Of a DNA stretch of 58,548 nucleotides, positions 53,702-58,548 are shown in pieces. Both the position numbers and the translations under genes were made by a program. The first letter of the stretch is position 1. Every line of letters begins with the position of its first letter. The DNA comes from a virus. The notes beneath the pieces are model-generated. The model was not told the origin of the DNA, did not search any database, and saw only the letters and a list, made by a program, of their open reading frames with translations. The stretch lies in IMG/VR virus record IMGVR_UViG_3300010392_000784, one strand, 5' to 3'.

Positions 53702-53730
53702 CGCCTTGGCTTGCATCTGTGTGGTGGTGG

Positions 53731-54555
53731 TCAGCTTGCGTCGACCAGCATGACCTCGAACTTCACCGCCACCTTGGCAGCCGAGGAGGCATGCAGGGCC
53801 ATGAAGCCGATATCGGTAAGCGCGGGGAACGGACCAAGCCAGAAATCGCCGCCGATGTCCACGGTTCCGAAGGCGTCGAGCATTTCGTCGATCGCCAGCA
53901 AAGCGGAATAGGGCGCGGCGGCGTCCAGGATGCCCTCGCGCTTGAACATCATCACGTCGGCGACGCCGCTGTCCTCGATGCGAATCGATGCGTTGTTGAC
54001 CCAGCCGGTCTTGCCGAGCGGGATAGTGTAGCAGCCGATCTGCGTTTGGCCCTTGGCGAAGCCGGTGGCGCTGATCGTCGCCCAGTCGGCCGCGCCGCCG
54101 CCGTCTTCGATGGTGATCGCCGCGGTATGCGATCCGCCGGCGATGGTCGCATAGGAACCGGAAGCGGACACATAGGCGTCGAGGATGCGGATGAAGGTGG
54201 CCGTGGTCGGGTCGGATGCGCTGGCCCCGGCGGTGGCGACTGCTTCGGAGACGAGTGCGCCGGTTTCGTCGATCCCGACGATGGTAACCTCGCGCGCCCC
54301 GGCGCCGGCCGCCGTGTCGGCCGCGTTGCCGCCGGCCTTGACCCGAAGAGCGACGGCCCCGGCCGGCTGAAGTGTGGGCCACAGCCCGCCGCCGCAGATC
54401 GGCTCCATGGCGGTGGCGGCGGCTTCGTTGAGCCCGAACCGGTGAACGATGGTGGTGTCGAGGTCGGAGAAAACTCCGTCGGGAAGGCTTCGGCGCTGGA
54501 AGGTCTCGAGGTCGGCGCGAAGGCTGGCTTGCGAGCGGACGATTTCGGTAACCAT
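53731..54555 (-). CDS. Structural-looking beta-rich protein (274 aa), leftward
   Basis: Very strong G/C-ending codon bias; A/G/T/S/I-rich composition; function unknown. Confidence 0.65.
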   Translation of the reverse strand: MVTEIVRSQASLRADLETFQRRSLPDGVFSDLDTTIVHRFGLNEAAATAMEPICGGGLWPTLQPAGAVALRVKAGGNAADTAAGAGAREVTIVGIDETGALVSEAVATAGASASDPTTATFIRILDAYVSASGSYATIAGGSHTAAITIEDGGGAADWATISATGFAKGQTQIGCYTIPLGKTGWVNNASIRIEDSGVADVMMFKREGILDAAAPYSALLAIDEMLDAFGTVDIGGDFWLGPFPALTDIGFMALHASSAAKVAVKFEVMLVDAS

Positions 54556-54695
54556 TGGGTCCTGATCTCCGGTGGATGTGGCGATGCTTCCGCGCCCGGC
54601 GCCGCCCTTACAGCGGGATCTGGGGGGATGACGTTGGTCCGGGCGTCACGCCAGGCGCGGAAATCGACCCATAACACATCCTGTTCAGTCGCGCG

Positions 54696-54720
54696 ACCTT
54701 ATGGTAAATGACCATGAGGT
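54696..54720. promoter_or_regulatory. 25-bp imperfect palindrome, copy 3 (ACCTTATGGTAAATGACCATGAGGT)
   Basis: In the 152-bp divergent region ahead of the tail-spike operon; the variant base creates TAAATG. Confidence 0.7.
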
Positions 54721-54968
54721 CCACCTATCGAGCGGAAGGCGCCCCCGTGGTTCAGAAACCCGAACCGGATATTTGCGCGGTCAACCTGGGACGGCGTGAA
54801 GCGTACCTGACGGATGGCGCGGTCGCGCGGATCGACACGTTCCTGGATGAAGACGGAGACGCGATCGAGGACGGGGCCGAGGCGCAGGGGATCGTGATCG
54901 AAATGCCGAACGGGGAGTGGGGCTACCTCGACCTCGATGCGTTCGATTTCGACAGAAAACCGAACTGA
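54708..54968 (+). CDS. Hypothetical acidic protein (86 aa; alternative GTG start 54747 with a GGAAGG RBS)
   Basis: G/C-ending codons; ATG 54708 lies inside the palindrome and lacks an RBS. Confidence 0.55.
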   Translation: MTMRSTYRAEGAPVVQKPEPDICAVNLGRREAYLTDGAVARIDTFLDEDGDAIEDGAEAQGIVIEMPNGEWGYLDLDAFDFDRKPN

Positions 54969-54984
54969 CCGGAAGGAACGACGA

Positions 54985-55203
54985 ATGGGCACCCGAACCA
55001 CCACCCTGCTCGATGAGGTGCTGAAGGCGGATCCGACCTTCCATCGCACCGCGAACTTCCCGACAGAATACCAGTTCTCGAACGGCCGCCGCTTCGAGGG
55101 CTACTACAAGAAGCGCGGAACCTACGGCGTCGACTACCTGCTCGACGAAGAAGGCGAGATCCTGCTCGACGAGAACGGAGACGCCCTGCTGGGCGAAGGC
55201 TGA
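54985..55203 (+). CDS. Hypothetical protein (72 aa)
   Basis: GGAAGGAA RBS; internal ATG of track ORF 54937..55203. Confidence 0.55.
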   Translation: MGTRTTTLLDEVLKADPTFHRTANFPTEYQFSNGRRFEGYYKKRGTYGVDYLLDEEGEILLDENGDALLGEG

Positions 55204-55209
55204 TCGACC

Positions 55210-58200
55210 ATGGGCACGAACCTCAGCGACAAAGCACTCGTCACCCCGACGCTGTCCGACTATTTCTCGGGCGTCGACAAGTCCAACACGACGAAGGATC
55301 CGGACGGCGCGATTGCGAATTTCCTCGGCTCGGACGTTCTGTCCCTGTTCGATGGATCGACCGGCACGCTCGAGAACAAGACGATCGCCGCCGGCGACAA
55401 CACGATCACGGACCTTGCGGATGCCAACGTCGCGTCCGACGCAGCCATCGGGCTTTCGAAGCTCGCCGCGCTGACCGGTAGCCGCGCCCTGGTCTCGACG
55501 TCGGGCGGGGTTGTTTCTGCCTCGGCGGTGACCGCGACGGAGCTCGGCTACCTCGACGGCGTGACGAGCGCCATTCAGACGCAGCTTGACGCCCTTTCGG
55601 GCGGAATTTCCAATATCGTCGAAGACACCACGCCACAGCTCGGCGGCAATCTCGACATGAACGGAAGCACCATCGCTGGGGCGACCGAAACAGAATTGGG
55701 ATATTCGCAAGGCGTTACCAGCGCGATCCAGACGCAGATCGATGGCAAGCAGGCGCAGGGCGACGTACTGGACGACCTCAATTCTCTCGGCGCTTCGACG
55801 GCAGACGGCGAATTCCTGGTGGCCACTGGCGCCGGCGCGCTGGCCTGGGAGGGTGGAGCGACGGCGCGGACCTCGCTTGGAGTTGCCATCGGCAGCGACG
55901 TGCAGGCGTTCGGCGCGGTGCTTGACGATCTTAACACGTTGGGCGCGGTTGGGGCCGACGGGGAATTTCTCGTCGGCACCGCGGCCGGCGCGCTGGCTTG
56001 GGAAAGCGGCGCTACCGCGCGGGCTTCTCTGGGCCTGGTGATTGGAACCGATGTCGGGGCGGCGGTTTTTGCCGATCGCACGACGGCGGCGGCTGCGACT
56101 ATTCCGACAGCGGTGCTCCGCATTCAAGTCGCAACGCCGCAGGGGCGGACGATCTCATATGTCCGCGATGCGAGCGGAACGGCTCTCACGACCAACGGAG
56201 CGACGGTGAACTGGTCGCCGGACGGTGTCGCAGCACCAGATCACTGGGCGGAAAACACGACGCCGGGAACCACGTTGATGACGACGGCGGTGCAGGCCGC
56301 CATCGACTTCGTCTATGCCGGCGGGGGCGGCACTGTCGATGTTCTGGACAAATATCTGGTTGACGCCGAAATCGACTGGCCCGACCTGATCGAGTTCAGG
56401 GGGCATGGCTGGCGGCTGGACGGCGACGACTTCAACACCCCGTACGGCAGTGGCTTCTATCTGAAGTCCAGTTCCGGCGTGGCTTCTGGCGATGGTGTCA
56501 TCCGGGCGCTGGCGGCGCACGGTGAAGCCTTTGCCTATCACCGCGGCGTCATGCACGACATGTTCATCCACGGGAACGGGGCAAACAATGCCGGTGTTCA
56601 CGGCGTCGTTTTCGATTGCGTCAAGAAAATCGACCTAATCCAGGTCGGTATCCTTCGGTGCGCAGACGACGCTTTCGCGACGGTGACCGATGCGGGGCTC
56701 GGGACGAACAACAACATCGCGTTGACGCGCTGCCACATCTTCCAGAACCTTGGGAAAGGCGGGGAAATTTACGGCGGCGAGCATACATTCGTCGGGAACT
56801 TCTTCTCCGCGAATGGCGGCATCGGCCTGCACATCGGCGCGGGCAGCTCGCGTCTTGCGGCCAACCATTTCTGCGACAACGCGTCTGGCATCTACATCGG
56901 CGACTGCCAGGCATTGACGATCACCGGCAATCTAATCCAAGACAACGAAGGCAATGGCATCACGATAGGGACGGGCGCGACCTATCACGATTTCATGACG
57001 ATCACCGGGAACACGATCGTCGACAACGGCCAGGATACGGGACTGGCGGATACCGCTCGCTGCGGAATTTCCATCGAATCCGCCACCGTTCTTCGTTGCA
57101 CCATCACAGGCAATTCGATCGGCAACCGGCGAAAGGCCGGCGACACCAGTTACCCGAACTCTCCGGCGCAGCAATATGGCGTCCGCATCACGGAAGCGGC
57201 GGCGCGCGTGCAGTATTGGGGCAACGATGTCGGCCTCAATGTCACGGCCGATCTGTCGCTCGCAGCGACGGCAAACATCGACTACACGCACTCTGGCAAC
57301 TTGACGATCGACGGCGGCGGGCTGCTGCATGTCGATTTCGATGGAGGAACGCTTCCGACAATCGATGCTGAAACAGTCGCAGTATTCTCGAACTGCGATA
57401 CGACGACAGACGATTGCCTGGTTTCCATAATCTCCGGGGCGACTGGCGTCGCGCACCTTAATTTTGGCGATACAGCCGACGAAAACAGGGCGAGTTTCCG
57501 ATATCAGAACCAATACGATGCAATGGATCTGTGGATCGCCGCTACCAAGGAATGGACCTGGTACAACGGTGCCGCCTACCCGGAAGCCGATGGCGCTCGC
57601 GACCTCGGCACCACATCGAAGCGGTTCCGGGATTACATCTTCTCCGGCGCTCTGAAACCGACACCGGGTTCCGACACGGATCAGAACATTATCACTGTCG
57701 GAGTGACCGGCTCGCCCACGATCAGTTGGGACGAAAGCGGGGATGTGTTCTCGTCGACGCACGGCTTTGAAATTACTGCCGGTGCCTTCACGATTTCTAC
57801 GACCAACGGAGCGGATATCAACCCAGGGTCCGACACGAGTGCCGATCTGATTACGGTCGGAGTGACTGGGGCGCCGACTCTTTCATGGGATGAGGGAAAC
57901 GACATCTTTACCCTGACGCATGGGCTAGACCTTGCAGCAGGGGATTTGACCACCACAGGAGAGGTCACAGCCAACAATTATCTAGGGACGGACGATGCCG
58001 GATCTACTTATTTTGCTGGCGGCGCGAACAAAGCGTCTGGCGCTGCCATTCTTCTCCAGGGCGGGACCGCCGGTAAGGACATTCGGTATCTTGTGGATAA
58101 TTTGGCCGTTTACCTGTGGGATCAATCGCTTGGAAAGCATAACTTCCAAACCTATCAAATTGAGACTACTGGCAACATTTCCGGCGGGATAGTCTTTCCT

Positions 58201-58374
58201 TCCAGCACAGCCGCAGAAATTGCGGATGTTGCCGACGCCATCAACACGACCAACAAGGTCGCCGGCAAGGGCGTCCTGGACACGACGAACAACCGCCTGA
58301 TGATCGCATCGGGTTCCGCAGCGGCCGATCCGTGGTATGTCGCCGATGCAAGCGCATCAGTTACACCCGCATAG
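55210..58374 (+). CDS. Tail spike / fibre with a right-handed beta-helix (pectate-lyase-like) core
   Basis: N-terminal fibre repeats (ELGYLDGVTSAIQTQLD x2; 51-aa tandem 55759-55911 / 55912-56064); PbH1-like repeats (ITGNLIQDNEGNGITIG, ITGNTIVDNG, ITGNSIGN); AT-richer C-terminal tip. Confidence 0.7.
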   Translation: MGTNLSDKALVTPTLSDYFSGVDKSNTTKDPDGAIANFLGSDVLSLFDGSTGTLENKTIAAGDNTITDLADANVASDAAIGLSKLAALTGSRALVSTSGGVVSASAVTATELGYLDGVTSAIQTQLDALSGGISNIVEDTTPQLGGNLDMNGSTIAGATETELGYSQGVTSAIQTQIDGKQAQGDVLDDLNSLGASTADGEFLVATGAGALAWEGGATARTSLGVAIGSDVQAFGAVLDDLNTLGAVGADGEFLVGTAAGALAWESGATARASLGLVIGTDVGAAVFADRTTAAAATIPTAVLRIQVATPQGRTISYVRDASGTALTTNGATVNWSPDGVAAPDHWAENTTPGTTLMTTAVQAAIDFVYAGGGGTVDVLDKYLVDAEIDWPDLIEFRGHGWRLDGDDFNTPYGSGFYLKSSSGVASGDGVIRALAAHGEAFAYHRGVMHDMFIHGNGANNAGVHGVVFDCVKKIDLIQVGILRCADDAFATVTDAGLGTNNNIALTRCHIFQNLGKGGEIYGGEHTFVGNFFSANGGIGLHIGAGSSRLAANHFCDNASGIYIGDCQALTITGNLIQDNEGNGITIGTGATYHDFMTITGNTIVDNGQDTGLADTARCGISIESATVLRCTITGNSIGNRRKAGDTSYPNSPAQQYGVRITEAAARVQYWGNDVGLNVTADLSLAATANIDYTHSGNLTIDGGGLLHVDFDGGTLPTIDAETVAVFSNCDTTTDDCLVSIISGATGVAHLNFGDTADENRASFRYQNQYDAMDLWIAATKEWTWYNGAAYPEADGARDLGTTSKRFRDYIFSGALKPTPGSDTDQNIITVGVTGSPTISWDESGDVFSSTHGFEITAGAFTISTTNGADINPGSDTSADLITVGVTGAPTLSWDEGNDIFTLTHGLDLAAGDLTTTGEVTANNYLGTDDAGSTYFAGGANKASGAAILLQGGTAGKDIRYLVDNLAVYLWDQSLGKHNFQTYQIETTGNISGGIVFPSSTAAEIADVADAINTTNKVAGKGVLDTTNNRLMIASGSAAADPWYVADASASVTPA

Positions 58375-58384
58375 GAGAGAGCTG

Positions 58385-58548
58385 ATGGCCGACTTCTCAA
58401 TCTCGATCACGGTTCCCGACGACAAGATCAGCGATCTTCTCGACGCCATTCGACGAGAGGATGGCGACGGTTCATTGACAGCAGCGGAGTGCAAGGCGGT
58501 CCTGAAAGCCCACGGCGAACAATGGCTGCGCAAGGTCTACCGAAAGCA
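58385..58548 (+). CDS. 5' part of the wrap-around small gene (continues at 1..179)
   Basis: ATG 58385, 8 nt after AGGAGAGAG; the frame runs into the terminal repeat. Confidence 0.6.
   Translation, partial: MADFSISITVPDDKISDLLDAIRREDGDGSLTAAECKAVLKAHGEQWLRKVYRK
58422..58548. repeat. Right copy of the 127-bp terminal direct repeat
   Basis: Exact identity to 1..127. Confidence 0.95.

Noticed and set aside
53635-54711. 358-aa plus-strand ORF downstream of the orphan 15-mer
   Set aside because: It is a shadow of the minus-strand gene 53731..54555, which has the very strong G/C-ending bias. The plus-frame product is G/R/A filler.
30803-54720. Palindrome copies as a CRISPR-like or tandem repeat array
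   Set aside because: The copies are 8-16 kb apart with no spacer-repeat periodicity, so they behave as dispersed operators or hairpins rather than an array. No CRISPR array is present anywhere in the window.

Overview
Complete, circularly permuted genome of a high-GC tailed dsDNA phage. The unique length is 58,421 bp, and bases 1-127 recur at 58422-58548. Gene content suggests an alphaproteobacterial host: a GcrA-like regulator, a DUF1376 replication protein and a GTA-type 3-TM holin-like protein. Layout: (a) a rightward structural/lysis arm from 54708 across the junction to 30329, with tail spike, portal, scaffold, HK97-type capsid, tail and internal-virion proteins, a 3,958-aa polyvalent protein, and an endolysin/holin cassette containing a membrane-anchored serine protease. 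(b) A leftward accessory/replication arm from 38867 to 30341, with Cro-like HTH, GapR-like, RuvC-like, PAPS-reductase-like, ParB-MT-A70 methylase, GcrA-like, DUF1376, GIY-YIG homing endonuclease, C5-methylase, DHH phosphoesterase and DUF1653. (c) A rightward recombination arm from 38982 to 46532, with RecT, DnaQ-like exonuclease and HNH. (d) A leftward operon of eight small genes from 49071 to 46734. (e) A rightward packaging arm from 49218 to 52570 (TerS, TerL). (f) A leftward island at 52576-54555 with an ImmA-like fragment, tRNA-Pro(UGG) and one structural-looking gene. I recognised no DNA polymerase, primase, replicative helicase, integrase or CI-type repressor. Most unusual observations: (1) a discrete 100-codon gene with its own RBS, ATG and stop is nested in the +1 frame, exactly in the linker between the methylase and helicase modules of the giant ORF. 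Third-codon-position composition flips from the giant frame to the nested frame there. (2) The same kind of frame flip occurs inside the C5-methylase gene. (3) A 25-bp imperfect palindrome sits at three regulatory junctions, with a degenerate copy inside the giant ORF. (4) A conserved 15-mer, ACAGAAAAGTTGACG, lies at divergent promoter regions. (5) The lysis cassette is atypical. All family names come from motif recognition by eye; no database search was possible.
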